Shown here: positions 10,440 through 21,923 of the stretch, piece by piece
How positions within the stretch are numbered: position 1 is the first letter of the stretch
How the letters are laid out: each line of letters begins with the position of its first letter
Origin: Planctomycetota bacterium
GTDB lineage: Bacteria; Planctomycetota; Planctomycetia; JALXBF01
Assembly (NCBI GenBank): GCA_026991575.1
Contig: JALXBF010000095.1
Span: 1-58,813 of the forward strand
Direction: 5' to 3'
Length of the DNA stretch: 58,813 nt
Position numbers and translations under genes: made by a program
The notes under the pieces: model-generated
Told to the model about the DNA's origin: nothing
Database searches by the model: none
Seen by the model: only the letters and a program-made list of their open reading frames with translations

Positions 10440-11801
10440 ATGGCACCGGACCAAGAACACGTGCGGAGACAAGGTCCCATTCGGCTCAGTCGCAAAGCGT
10501 TGCGGACGGCTGAACCTGCCATCTCCCGATTGATCGAAATGGCCCTGCGCCACGAAGGCCTCATTTCGCTTGCGCCGGGCCTGGTCGATGAGGAGACGCT
10601 ACCGGTGGCCGAGACCCTGGCCGCGTGCCACGAGGTGCTGGCGGATGCGCACCTGGGACGCCGCGCGCTGCAGTACGGGACGACGCAAGGGTTACCCGAA
10701 CTGCGCGAACTGCTGGCAGCGCATCTCGAGCAGCTCGATCGTACCAGCGGCGCGACGCAGCAGTACGACCCGGCACGCATCGTTGTTGGTACAGGGTCGC
10801 AGCAGCTTCTATATCTGATCGCCCAGACGCTGCTCGATCCTGACGACATCGTGTTGACCACCGCTCCCGACTACTTCGTCTACGTGGCTACCCTGGAGAG
10901 CGCCGGCGCGGAGCTCTGGGGGGTGCCCATGGACGAGCACGGCGTGATCCCGGAGGCGCTGGACGAGTTGCTTCGCTATCTGGACCGTCAGGGCGATCTG
11001 TGGCGGGTGAAATTCCTTTACTGTGTTAGCTACTACCACAATCCCACGGGGGTGTGCACGGCGGCCGAACGGCGAGCCGCCATCCTGGAAACGTTGGAGC
11101 GGTGGTCCCGCTACGGTCCAATTCTGCTTCTGGAGGATGCGGCGTACCGGGAGCTCGGGGAAGATGATGTGCCGCCGGCCCCGAGCTTCGTGTCGTACGA
11201 CGACAGCAACCAGAGAGTGATTCTGTGCCAGACGTTCTCCAAGCCATTTGCTCCGGGACTTAAGTGCGGTTATGCCTACTTGCCCGAGGACCTGGTTGAA
11301 CCGATTCTGCGTGAGAAGAGTAACCACGACTTCGGGTCGGCCAACCTGGTTCAATACCTGATCGCTACCCTCCTGCGCAGCGGCGCGTACCACCGGCAGG
11401 CCGCCTTGCTGCGCCGGCAGTACAGCCAGAAGCGGCGCCGGCTAATCGGAGCGCTGGAACGCTACTGTGACGAGTACCAGGTCACACTGCGGTGGACGAA
11501 GCCCTCGGGGGGCCTGTACGTCTGGCTGATCGCGCCGCCGGAGTTAGACACACGCAGCGCTGCCGGTCTTTTCCATCGCTGTGTGGCCAATGGTGTGCTG
11601 TACGTGCCTGGCGAGTACTGCTTCCTGGGCATTCGTGCGCTGCAGCCCGATACACCGCTCGGTAGTGCCAGGAACACCTTGCGGTTGGCCTATGGCCACT
11701 GTCCCACGGAGCAGCTTGAGGAGGGCGTGCGTCGGCTGGTGGCAAGCATCGCTGAGGAGCTTGCTCATGCTTCCAGCCAGCAAGCGCATGGCTCGTCCTA
11801 G
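10440..11801 (+). CDS. PLP-dependent class I/II aminotransferase (LysN/ARO8-like)
   Basis: ALQYGTTQG, HNPTG, EDAAY, TFSK (PLP Lys), PSGGLYVW, LRLAY; GGAGG SD before ATG 10440. Confidence 0.9.
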   Translation: MAPDQEHVRRQGPIRLSRKALRTAEPAISRLIEMALRHEGLISLAPGLVDEETLPVAETLAACHEVLADAHLGRRALQYGTTQGLPELRELLAAHLEQLDRTSGATQQYDPARIVVGTGSQQLLYLIAQTLLDPDDIVLTTAPDYFVYVATLESAGAELWGVPMDEHGVIPEALDELLRYLDRQGDLWRVKFLYCVSYYHNPTGVCTAAERRAAILETLERWSRYGPILLLEDAAYRELGEDDVPPAPSFVSYDDSNQRVILCQTFSKPFAPGLKCGYAYLPEDLVEPILREKSNHDFGSANLVQYLIATLLRSGAYHRQAALLRRQYSQKRRRLIGALERYCDEYQVTLRWTKPSGGLYVWLIAPPELDTRSAAGLFHRCVANGVLYVPGEYCFLGIRALQPDTPLGSARNTLRLAYGHCPTEQLEEGVRRLVASIAEELAHASSQQAHGSS

Positions 11802-11909
11802 CGGTGAGTCTCAGTGTTGCGGGACTGGGGTTGCGTTCGTTCCCCCTTTGCTGAGCTCTGACATCCGGTGACCGACAGGGCGTGGTTGGGGCCGCAAACG
11901 TTCGGTCAC

Positions 11910-11938
11910 TCGACATGCTGCCGTGGTTGTGATAAAGT
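11910..11938 (+). promoter_or_regulatory. Putative sigma70-type promoter
   Basis: TCGACA-17 nt-TAAAGT with an extended -10 TG, about 95 nt upstream of the Tat oxidoreductase start. Confidence 0.45.
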
Positions 11939-12032
11939 GACGTGAGCTGGCCCACCGAGTTGAGCCTTTCCTTGCTGGTTTCCGCCCGTGGCGGCGGGCA
12001 TTCGAGACGCTACGCTGAAGGAGGTGAACCGC

Positions 12033-13340
12033 ATGGCCCAGACCAGACGCTCCTTTCTGAAGACGGCTGCGGCCGCAGCGTCGGCAGCCTTTGTTGTGCC
12101 ACGCTTCGCGATCGCGCGCGATCGTTCCCCGAACTCGAAACTGAACATTGCGATCATTGGGGCGGGGGGCCGCGGTGCCGGCAACCTCAGCGCAGTGGCC
12201 AGTGAGAACATCGTTGCCCTCTGTGACGTGGACGAGCGGCGTGCGGCAGCGGCCTACGATCGGTTCCCCAAGGCCAAGAAGTACCGCGACTTCCGCAAGA
12301 TGCTCGACGAGATGCACGCCCAGATCGACGCGGTCGTGGTCAGCACGCCCGACCATACGCATGCGGTGGCTTCCGTGGCCGCCATGAAGCTGGGCAAGCA
12401 TGTCTACTGCGAGAAGCCGTTGACGCGTTCGATTTATGAGGCGCGGGTCATGCGTGAAGTGGCCCGCGAGCAGGGGGTGGTCACGCAAATGGGCAATCAG
12501 GGCCACGCGAACACCGCTGCGCGTCGGGCCGTGGAGGTGATCCGTAGCGGTGTCATCGGTGATGTGCTGGAAGTGCATGCATGGACGGATCGACCGATAT
12601 GGCCGCAAGGCATCGATCGTCCCAAGGATGAACCGCCTGTCCCGAAAACGCTGGACTGGGATCTCTGGCTTGGCCCCGCCCCGTACCGGCCGTACCATCC
12701 CGCGTACGTTCCGTTCAAGTGGCGCGGCTGGTGGGATTTTGGCACCGGTGCGCTTGGCGACATGGCCTGCCACATTCTGGACGTCGCCTTCTGGGCGCTA
12801 AATCTGGTGGACCCGGTGAGTGTCGAGGCGGAGGTTTCCGACAACCACAAGCCGGAGACGTTCCCGAAGTGGTCCATCATCACGTATCAGTTTCCGAAGC
12901 GAGGTGACCTGCCGCCTTGCAAGCTCGTTTGGTATGACGGGGGCAAGATGCCCGCGCCTGAGCTGGCGCCGGGGGTGAAGCTGCCGAAGAACGGTACGAT
13001 CCTGGTCGGCACCAAGGGCACGCTGGTGACGCTGGATGCGTACGGTGGCAAGTACAAGCTGCTGCCGGAAAAAGAGTTCGAGGGCTTTGAGCCGCCCGAA
13101 ATGAAGCTGCCCGTTTCTCCCGGGCACCACCGCGAATGGATTCTGGCGTGCAAGGGAGAGGGCGAGGCGCTGTCGAACTTCGATTACGCGGCCCGGTTGA
13201 CGGAGACCGTCCTGCTGGGCAATCTGGCCATATGGGCAGGCAAGAAGGTCGAGTGGGATGCCAAGAGCATGTGTTCTAAGAATGCTCCAGAGACGAACGT
13301 GATCGTCCGGCCCGAGTTCCGTAAGGGCTGGTCTTTGTGA
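12033..13340 (+). CDS. Tat-exported Gfo/Idh/MocA oxidoreductase
   Basis: TRRSFLK twin-Arg signal, IGAGGRG, TPDHTH, HVYCEKP, WDLWLGPAP, GALGDMACH; AGGAGG SD. Confidence 0.93.
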   Translation: MAQTRRSFLKTAAAAASAAFVVPRFAIARDRSPNSKLNIAIIGAGGRGAGNLSAVASENIVALCDVDERRAAAAYDRFPKAKKYRDFRKMLDEMHAQIDAVVVSTPDHTHAVASVAAMKLGKHVYCEKPLTRSIYEARVMREVAREQGVVTQMGNQGHANTAARRAVEVIRSGVIGDVLEVHAWTDRPIWPQGIDRPKDEPPVPKTLDWDLWLGPAPYRPYHPAYVPFKWRGWWDFGTGALGDMACHILDVAFWALNLVDPVSVEAEVSDNHKPETFPKWSIITYQFPKRGDLPPCKLVWYDGGKMPAPELAPGVKLPKNGTILVGTKGTLVTLDAYGGKYKLLPEKEFEGFEPPEMKLPVSPGHHREWILACKGEGEALSNFDYAARLTETVLLGNLAIWAGKKVEWDAKSMCSKNAPETNVIVRPEFRKGWSL

Positions 13341-13369
13341 CGAGCGACCGACGGAAGACGAAGAGCCTG

Positions 13370-13409
13370 GCGTCGGCCCGGCGCAGGAGGCGCGGGCCGA
13401 CGCTTTTTT
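13370..13409 (+). terminator. Rho-independent terminator
   Basis: 11-bp stem GCGTCGGCCCG/CGGGCCGACGC followed by TTTTTT, 30 nt after the oxidoreductase stop. Confidence 0.85.
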
Positions 13410-13502
13410 GGCAGCAGTCGCTGGTAACCGTGTGCGTTGCGCGGCTAGCATTAGGGTGCGTCTGCGTGACGAATTGTGGTGCCCGACCTGTGGAGGAGCC
13501 GG

Positions 13503-14513
13503 ATGAAGGCCGCTTACATCGAAGAAACCGGTGGCCCGGATGTGATCCGCTACGGTGAGCTGCCCGATCCGGAGCCGTCTGAGGGTGAAGTGCTGGTCGA
13601 AGTGCACGCGGCGTCGATCAACCCGGTCGACACCTACATCCGCTCTGGCATGATCAACATGCCGATGCCCAAACCGTTCATTCCCGGCTGTGACCTTGCC
13701 GGCGTTGTCCGCCGTGTCGGACCGGGCTGCCGTCGCTTTCGCGAGGGCGACCGCGTGTGGGGCTCGAACCAGGGGTTGCTGGGTCGGCAGGGCACGCTGG
13801 CCGAGTATGCCGCCGTGCGCGAGGAATGGTTGTACCCGATACCGGAGGGAGTTTCGTTCGAGCAGGCGGCTGCGGCGGCCCTGGTCGGTATCACCGCCCA
13901 TCTGGGGCTGTTCCGCTGCGCGGGACTACGCGCCGAGGAGGTACTCTACGTCAATGGCGGCACCGGCGGTGTCGGGTCCATGGTTGTCCAGATGGGCAAG
14001 ATCATTGGGGCGAAGGTCATCACGACTGTTGGTACGGAGGAAAAAGCACGGATCTGTTCCGAGTGGGGCGCGGACTTGGTGCTGAACTACAAGCACGACG
14101 ATATTGAGACCGAAGTGCTGCGGTTCACCGATGGGCAGGGCGTGCATGTCTGGTATGAGACCCAGCGTGAACCGCTCTTTGATCGCATCGTCCACTGCAC
14201 CCGCCTGCGCGGTCGGATCGTGATCATGGCCGGCCGTGAGGCGCGGCCTCACTTTCCCGTCGGCCCGTTCTACGTCAAGGACTTGACCATGTACGGCTTT
14301 GCCATGTTCAACGCCTCGCCCGACGAGCAGCGGGTCTGCGCGGAGGATATCAACCGATGGCTTGCCAGCGGCCAGCTCAAGCCGCTCATCGGACGCACGT
14401 TCCCGCTCTCGCAAGCAGCAGAGGCCCATCGGCTCCAGGAGGAGAACACGTTACGCAAGGCAGGAACGCTGATGGGCAAGATCGTCGTCGTGCCTGACCG
14501 GTTCTTGGCTTGA
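13503..14513 (+). CDS. NADPH:quinone reductase (zeta-crystallin/MDR family)
   Basis: INPVDTYIRSG, PGCDLAG, GGTGGVG nucleotide-binding motif; GGAGGAG SD. Confidence 0.9.
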   Translation: MKAAYIEETGGPDVIRYGELPDPEPSEGEVLVEVHAASINPVDTYIRSGMINMPMPKPFIPGCDLAGVVRRVGPGCRRFREGDRVWGSNQGLLGRQGTLAEYAAVREEWLYPIPEGVSFEQAAAAALVGITAHLGLFRCAGLRAEEVLYVNGGTGGVGSMVVQMGKIIGAKVITTVGTEEKARICSEWGADLVLNYKHDDIETEVLRFTDGQGVHVWYETQREPLFDRIVHCTRLRGRIVIMAGREARPHFPVGPFYVKDLTMYGFAMFNASPDEQRVCAEDINRWLASGQLKPLIGRTFPLSQAAEAHRLQEENTLRKAGTLMGKIVVVPDRFLA

Positions 14514-14596
14514 TTTGCTTGAGGCTGCGATAGAATTGGCGTCGGTTTGCTGCTGCTGCCGTGCAGGTGGAACCAAAGAGTATGACGGTGCGGTAA

Positions 14597-15640
<1,044 letters not shown>

Positions 15641-15695
15641 ACTCACAGAGCCGACCACACGGGAAGCTGACCGGGAGAGCCAGCGGGGGAGTATC

Positions 15696-16886
15696 GTGCC
15701 GCGCTACAGGACTGTCCGCGATATCGACGTACGTGACCGTCGTGTCCTCGTGCGCGTCGACTTTAACGTGCCGCTGCGCGAGGACGGTTCGGTGGCTGAC
15801 GACTGGCGGATTGAAGCCGCGCTACCCACGATCCGGTATTTGCTGGACCAGTCGGCCCGCATCATCCTTGCCAGCCACCTGGGCCGGCCGACAGGCGATC
15901 CAGAAGCAGACCGGCGGCTCCGCATGGATGCCGTTGCCCGGCGGTTGAGCCAACGGCTCGGACAGCCCGTGCTGAAGGCCGACGACGTCATCGGTCCGGA
16001 TGCTCGGACCAAGGCCGGCCAGCTCCAACCGGGCGGCGTGCTCTTGCTGGAGAACCTCCGGTTCCATCCCGGCGAGAAGGCAGGAGATGAGCAGTTTGCT
16101 CGTGAGCTGGCCGCCCTGGCAGATGTCTACTGCAATGACGCCTTCGGCACGTGTCACCGTCGTGATGCATCAATGGTCGCCGTCCCGCTGCAATTCCCTG
16201 CGGGCAACCGGGTCGCTGGCTTGTTGCTGGCACGTGAGCTGGAGATCCTCGAACAGCTTACCGGCGAGCCGCAGCGGCCGTATGTCGCGGTGATGGGGGG
16301 CGCCAAGGTCTCCGACAAGGTGCGCGTGATCCGATCCCTGCTGCAGCGAGTCGATAAGTTGCTGATCGGCGGCGCGATGGTCTACACGCTACGTCTTGCT
16401 CGCGGCCTCAAGGTGGGCGCCTCGTTGGTCGAGTTGGACTGGATCGACGAGGCCCGACGGTTGCTGCGCGAAGCGGGCGACAAACTGGTGCTTGCTACCG
16501 ATCACGTCGTTGCGGAACGGCCCGAGCCCGATGCGGCGATCCAGGTAGTCGAGGCCGACTTCCCCGACGGCTGGTACGGCATGGATATTGGACCGGCAAC
16601 GCGTGCGCGTTTTGCGGCGATCATCCGCGAAGCCGGCACGGCCGTGTGGAACGGTCCCATGGGTAAGTTCGAGGACGAACCATTCCGGGCTGGCACGCGC
16701 GCCGTGGCCGAAGCAATGGCCGAGTGCCAGGGGGTGACTGTCGTCGGCGGGGGTGAGACGGCAGAGGCGGTGCGCATGTTCGGCCTGGCCGACCGCATGA
16801 CCCATGTTTCGACCGGCGGCGGCGCGTTCCTGAAGTACCTTGAAGGCGGTCAGCTACCGGCGCTGGAAGTGCTGGACGTCGCGTGA
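15696..16886 (+). CDS. pgk: Phosphoglycerate kinase
   Basis: [40 protein letters not shown]. Confidence 0.97.
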   Translation: MPRYRTVRDIDVRDRRVLVRVDFNVPLREDGSVADDWRIEAALPTIRYLLDQSARIILASHLGRPTGDPEADRRLRMDAVARRLSQRLGQPVLKADDVIGPDARTKAGQLQPGGVLLLENLRFHPGEKAGDEQFARELAALADVYCNDAFGTCHRRDASMVAVPLQFPAGNRVAGLLLARELEILEQLTGEPQRPYVAVMGGAKVSDKVRVIRSLLQRVDKLLIGGAMVYTLRLARGLKVGASLVELDWIDEARRLLREAGDKLVLATDHVVAERPEPDAAIQVVEADFPDGWYGMDIGPATRARFAAIIREAGTAVWNGPMGKFEDEPFRAGTRAVAEAMAECQGVTVVGGGETAEAVRMFGLADRMTHVSTGGGAFLKYLEGGQLPALEVLDVA

Positions 16887-16907
16887 ACCAGGCTGCTCCA
16901 CCGCGGC

Positions 16908-18029
16908 TTAGGTTTGGACCAGGTCGTACACCGCTACCGCTACCGGCCCAAAGATGAGCACCGGCAGCCAGGCCGCCAGCGACGGAGCAATCAGTTCGTG
17001 ATTCCCCAAGCCGTGGGAAACGTACACCACGCCATGCACCACCGCTGACAACAGGATGCAACTGCCCAGGCTCCAGAACAGCTTCCGGTCTCCAGCACCC
17101 AGAACCAACGGCAACGCCAGGAAGACGAGGAGCGTGTTCAGCAACGGTCGCGTGAGCCTGGAGTGCACCAGCACCGCGATCTCTGCGCGGTGAATCGTAC
17201 GCGGGTTCTGCAGCCGCTTCAGCAACCGGCCAGTGGACTCCAGATGGTACCAGCGTTCGCCGCGATAGACATCTTGCAGGGACACGTCCGATAGCAGCAC
17301 GTACGTTCCCGGCTCGGGACCTTTTCGCAGAGCGGTGAAAGAAACCTCCAGGTCTCTTGGTTCCGCCTCATACAGGATCCATCGTCCCAGTTCCCCGTCA
17401 CGCCCCGGGGCCTGATAGACAGCCCGCTCGGCGTGAATCGTGATCAGACGGCCCGCTACCGAACGAGGCAGCACGACGGTGACACGACGTAACGTCGCGT
17501 TCTTGCGGTCGATCCGTTGGCCGGCGATCAGGATGCCATTGCTGTCGTAAGCGCCTTCGGCTCCGACGGTCTTCTCGCCGTACGGATCGTCCGGGCTGCG
17601 CAACAGCCGATCTCCGATGGCAGGAATCACCCATTCCTGGTTCACGACCACGAGACCGTTGACTGCTACTGTGGCCAACAGGCCACCCAGGATGACGCGC
17701 CACGTCGGGACGCCGGCCGACAGGAACGGGATCAGCTCATTCTGGCGGCGCAGCCACCCGAAAACGAAGATCACCGCCAGCAGATTGATGACGGCGGCCA
17801 GTCGGTCAAAGAACAGCACGCTGCGCGTGCCATAGTAGAGCGCCATGTAGCGCACCAGGTCGAACGCGGACCGGCTGATTTCGGAGAACTCGTCAAAATT
17901 GTTGAACGCGTCGATGACAACGTACAGCGCCACCAGCGACACGAAGCAGATGACGTACGCCGTCAGGAAGCGGCGGATCAGGTAGCGGTCGAACGTTGTC
18001 AGTCCGATCCAGCTGGCCAGTGACATCAT
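16908..18029 (-). CDS. lptG: LptF/LptG family LPS export permease (LptG-like)
   Basis: FDRYLIRRFL N-terminus, NELIPFLSAGV, 6 TM with periplasmic domain, LAAWLP C-terminus. Confidence 0.8.
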   Translation of the reverse strand: MMSLASWIGLTTFDRYLIRRFLTAYVICFVSLVALYVVIDAFNNFDEFSEISRSAFDLVRYMALYYGTRSVLFFDRLAAVINLLAVIFVFGWLRRQNELIPFLSAGVPTWRVILGGLLATVAVNGLVVVNQEWVIPAIGDRLLRSPDDPYGEKTVGAEGAYDSNGILIAGQRIDRKNATLRRVTVVLPRSVAGRLITIHAERAVYQAPGRDGELGRWILYEAEPRDLEVSFTALRKGPEPGTYVLLSDVSLQDVYRGERWYHLESTGRLLKRLQNPRTIHRAEIAVLVHSRLTRPLLNTLLVFLALPLVLGAGDRKLFWSLGSCILLSAVVHGVVYVSHGLGNHELIAPSLAAWLPVLIFGPVAVAVYDLVQT

Positions 18030-18113
18030 GTGCTACGCGTCCTTCACACGAGACAGAGCGGCCGGTCGTGACGGCTCGCCCCGGCGCTGGGCCCGAGTCC
18101 TCCTTTGTCCGGA

Positions 18114-19229
18114 TCAGTAGCGGATGACCCGTCGCAGCAGCGGCACGGCGGCAACGCCCAGCACTGCGTTGGCCGTCCAGAGGGCGATCCCCGGGTGTGT
18201 GATGCCCTCCTTGCTCATGTTCATGCCCAGCAACAACAGCGGATAGTAGGTGACCACGATCGGCAGGAAGCAGGAGACGAACGCGCCAAGGAACTCGCCC
18301 CGTTGCTGGATGATCGCAACCGGGCAGCCGATCAGCACGAACAGCACGCTGCCGAACGCCAGGGCAGCGCGCATGTGCAGCTCCGAGCGCAGCCGACGGT
18401 ACCGGCGCAGAGTGTACGGGTCCGGCTCTTTTTGCTGCTGGGCCTGTGCGGAAAGCCGCTCACGCAGCTTCCTGATTGCGTCCCGCAGTTCGCGCAGCGT
18501 CATTTGGCGGGGCGAGTCGCTTGCGGTCAGTGCCATGTCCGGCAATGGGATTGGGAACACGTGCTCGTCCCCCACCTTGACGATGCTGGAGCCGACCTGC
18601 ACGTCTGCGTCGAACATGCGCACGATGATCCGGCGGTTGGCGAGGTCGAATTCCAGCGTGGCGCGTTCCGCGTACGCGGTAATCAACTCGCCGCTCTGCT
18701 GGTCGATTCGTTGGAAGGTTGCGCCGATCAGGGTCCGGCCCTGTACGTCCCGCACGTAGATGGAGCACGGGAGCCGGTTGCTGGTGATCGCGCGTTCGCG
18801 CCGCAAGATGTTGTAGACCGTTTCCTCCAGGTGCTCAGCTACCACCTGGGTGATCCTGGCAACCGCCGGCGGGATGACATCATTCAGCGCCCACCAGGTC
18901 AGACCGCTGCACAGCAGGGCCAGGGCCACCACCGGGGCAACCAACCGCAACACGTGAATGCCCGCCGCCTTGCATGCCGTGATCTCGCTGTCGGCTGCCA
19001 TCCGGCCAAAGACCAGCACGACCCCAAATAGCAGCGTCGCCGGAATCGTGTACGGCAACGTACTGGGAAGGACATACGGCACGATCCGGACAATCTGGCC
19101 CGGCGTCAGGCCGCGACGCACGGCTTCCGCTGCCAGGCCCGCCCCCAGAAACAGCACGGTCACCCCGGCCAGGGTCAGCAGGAAGGCGCGGATCACGTCA
19201 AAGAGCACGTACCGCTGCAACAAACGCAT
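18114..19229 (-). CDS. lptF: LptF/LptG family LPS export permease (LptF-like)
   Basis: LLQRYVL, GRMAADSEITACKAAGI, ELHMR, ALWTAN motifs; tandem with the LptG-like gene. Confidence 0.82.
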   Translation of the reverse strand: MRLLQRYVLFDVIRAFLLTLAGVTVLFLGAGLAAEAVRRGLTPGQIVRIVPYVLPSTLPYTIPATLLFGVVLVFGRMAADSEITACKAAGIHVLRLVAPVVALALLCSGLTWWALNDVIPPAVARITQVVAEHLEETVYNILRRERAITSNRLPCSIYVRDVQGRTLIGATFQRIDQQSGELITAYAERATLEFDLANRRIIVRMFDADVQVGSSIVKVGDEHVFPIPLPDMALTASDSPRQMTLRELRDAIRKLRERLSAQAQQQKEPDPYTLRRYRRLRSELHMRAALAFGSVLFVLIGCPVAIIQQRGEFLGAFVSCFLPIVVTYYPLLLLGMNMSKEGITHPGIALWTANAVLGVAAVPLLRRVIRY

Positions 19230-19511
19230 GGCTATCGCTTGCGAACCATCGCTTCAGGACACTCGGCACGACACAGCGTGACTCTTGCAGTTTTTGCAAA
19301 ACTCCGCAAGGTCAGGATGGGTCCCCATCAGATACCCCCCTGACGCGTTACCCCCGGCAGCTGCCGTTGTCGCGTCTGGCTGCGTTTGCTACAAGCGGCT
19401 TAGGCGGACGCGATGCGGCTCGTCCGTTCGGGGAGACGTCCTATGCATCGACCGGGTAGCCTCACCGACTGCTCCGTGCCCGTACGGCCGCCTGTTGCGG
19501 CGGTGTCGGTT

Positions 19512-21923
19512 ATGAGGACGGCGCGGCGTCTGCCGATGCGGCACCCGGCGGTGGCGGCGGCCGCACTCGCCGTGCTGTTGTACGCCGCGCTACTCGCCCC
19601 GTCGCTGACCGGTCGTGCGGTGCTGGCGCCGACGGACATGCTGATCAGTGCCGGACTGGTCGGCGCCAGTCCCAGTTGGCAACAGCGCGTCGACAGGGCG
19701 GCGAACGAACTGCTCTTCGATCCTGTCCTGGTTTTCCTGCCGTGGATGCACTTTGCGGCCGACGAACTCCACCACGGTAGGCTGCCGCTGTGGAACCCTT
19801 ACATCTTCTGTGGGGCCCCCTTCCTGGCAGCGAACCAATCCGCCTTGTTCTCGCCGTTCCGGTGGCTCTTCTTCGCCGTGCCTGTGCCCGGGACACTGGC
19901 CTGGCTCCAGCTTCCGAAAGCTGCGGTGGCGGCTGCCGGTGCCTGTGTGGCACTGGTGGCGCTTGGCGTGCGCCGCTGGCTTGCCATGCTGCTCGGGGCA
20001 GCCTATCCGTTGGCCGGTTTCCACTTCGCCTGGTTGCTGTATCCGCTCAGCGACACGGCCGTCTGGCTGCCGTGGGTCTTTGTGACAACCCACCGTTGCG
20101 TGGTGCGACCTGACGTGAAAGCCTCTCTGGGGTTGGCCGCTGCCACGGCTCTGTGTTGCCTGGCCGGACACCTGGAGACCGCCGCACAGATCCTACTTGG
20201 CTCGGGCCTCTACGCTCTCGCGCTGGCACTCGTGTGCTGCGTGCGCGGCCGGCCTGCCAGAGCAGTACTGGTTGCAGGGCTGTCGCTCGCAGCAGGCTAC
20301 GGGCTCGGACTTGCTGCAGCGGCACCCCAGATCCTGCCCACTGCCGAATACCTGCTTCGGAGCCAGCGCGTCGCGCTGCGTGCCGAACGACTCATCGAGC
20401 AAGGGCTCAGGGAGCCGCACCGGTGGACCGAAGTCCTTCGGATGATCGAACCCTATGCGTTCGGCTCGCGCCAGCGCGGGAGCCACGAGCTGGTCGAGAT
20501 CTGTTTCAACGAGGGCGGAGTCAACGGATATGTTGGCGCGACGGCGCTGCTGATTCTGGCTCCACTTGGCCTGGCCCAACGGCGCCGACGTCGGTATGCA
20601 CTGGCCCTTGCGATTGCCGGGCTCATTGCAGCTGCGCCGGCACTTCGCCTGCCCGTGTTGCGGGCCGTCGAACAGCTGCCGCCTCTGAATGCCATGAACA
20701 ATGCCCGCTGGTTGCTGGTGACCGGCTGGGCTGTGCTGAGCCTGGCTGCGCTTGGCCTGGAAGCGGTGCTTGCCCGCGACCGGAACGTGCAGGCGGTCTG
20801 CTGGCTGGTTGCGGCGGTTGGTACGGCGGTGGGAATTTTCGGCCTGCTGGTCGTTATGGCACCGCCCCCGCGGGTCGTGCACCTGTTTACCGCAGAGGCG
20901 TGGCCGTGGTTCCGAGTGTATTTCGCTGCGGCTGCGGCCGTGGTGCTTATCGGTGGTGTTCTGTGCGGTGTGGTTGCCTGGCATGCCGCCGCCGCGCCGA
21001 CTTTACGTCGCGGCCGCATCGTTACGGTCCTCGTACTAGCCCTGGCTTTGCTGCTGCTGGTGGAGCTCTGCTATCATGCCGGCGGCTACAATCCGCAGGT
21101 GTCGCCGGCAACCTACTATCCAGAGACTGCCCTCACGGCCGAGCTTCGCCGGCTGGTGGATCGGGACAGCCGGGTACTCGGCCTTGCCGGTGCGTTAGCA
21201 CCGAACATCGGCATGATGTACGGGCTGAGGGACGTGCGTGGCTACGATGCGGTGGATCCGTTGCCATACGTGGAACTGCTGGCGGCGGCCAACCCCAAGA
21301 GTCCTGCCCGCTCCTACGCAGTGACGCTACGTTACTGGTCTGGCCCTCACCCGATCCTCGACGCCCTCGCCGTGCGCTGGGTGGTCAGCCCGGTCAGGTT
21401 GCGCACGGATCACTGGTATGAGCACGGCCGGTTCGCTGACCTGTGGCTCTACGAGAACCTGGACGCAATGCCACGCGTCTACGTCCCGGCTCGTGCCCGG
21501 GTGGAGCCGCTGCCTGAGAGGCGACTCCGCGAACTTGGCTCTGGAACCGTCCACCCCCGGGAGATGGTGTTGATTTCGGAGAATGTGACGCTGCCACCGG
21601 GCCCGTACCGGGGCAGTGCCCGACTGGTGCGGGACGAGCCGTGCGCGGTGGACATTGAAGTGAGGATGGAACGTCCCGGGGTCGTGGTCCTGGCCGATGG
21701 CTGGGACCCGGGCTGGCGCGTGAGCATCGATGGCATCCCGGCCCGGCCTCTGCAAGCAAACCACGCCCTACGCGCGGTCGTGGTTCCCGCCGGCGTTCAC
21801 CTGGTGAGCTGGCGGTATCGGCCGGCCAGCGTCGTGGCCGGGTTCGGGATCGGTGTGGGGGCGTGGTTGGTGCTCGGGGCTATGACGTTGATGCTTGGGA
21901 AGCGTCGCCGCGACTCCGTGTGA
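19512..21923 (+). CDS. YfhO-like GT-C membrane glycosyltransferase
   Basis: PLWNPYIFCGAPF N-terminal loop, many TMs, GYDA, C-terminal DGWDPGW..ANHALRAVVVPAGVHLVSWRYRP typical of YfhO; start 19512 or 19536. Confidence 0.82.
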   Translation: MRTARRLPMRHPAVAAAALAVLLYAALLAPSLTGRAVLAPTDMLISAGLVGASPSWQQRVDRAANELLFDPVLVFLPWMHFAADELHHGRLPLWNPYIFCGAPFLAANQSALFSPFRWLFFAVPVPGTLAWLQLPKAAVAAAGACVALVALGVRRWLAMLLGAAYPLAGFHFAWLLYPLSDTAVWLPWVFVTTHRCVVRPDVKASLGLAAATALCCLAGHLETAAQILLGSGLYALALALVCCVRGRPARAVLVAGLSLAAGYGLGLAAAAPQILPTAEYLLRSQRVALRAERLIEQGLREPHRWTEVLRMIEPYAFGSRQRGSHELVEICFNEGGVNGYVGATALLILAPLGLAQRRRRRYALALAIAGLIAAAPALRLPVLRAVEQLPPLNAMNNARWLLVTGWAVLSLAALGLEAVLARDRNVQAVCWLVAAVGTAVGIFGLLVVMAPPPRVVHLFTAEAWPWFRVYFAAAAAVVLIGGVLCGVVAWHAAAAPTLRRGRIVTVLVLALALLLLVELCYHAGGYNPQVSPATYYPETALTAELRRLVDRDSRVLGLAGALAPNIGMMYGLRDVRGYDAVDPLPYVELLAAANPKSPARSYAVTLRYWSGPHPILDALAVRWVVSPVRLRTDHWYEHGRFADLWLYENLDAMPRVYVPARARVEPLPERRLRELGSGTVHPREMVLISENVTLPPGPYRGSARLVRDEPCAVDIEVRMERPGVVVLADGWDPGWRVSIDGIPARPLQANHALRAVVVPAGVHLVSWRYRPASVVAGFGIGVGAWLVLGAMTLMLGKRRRDSV

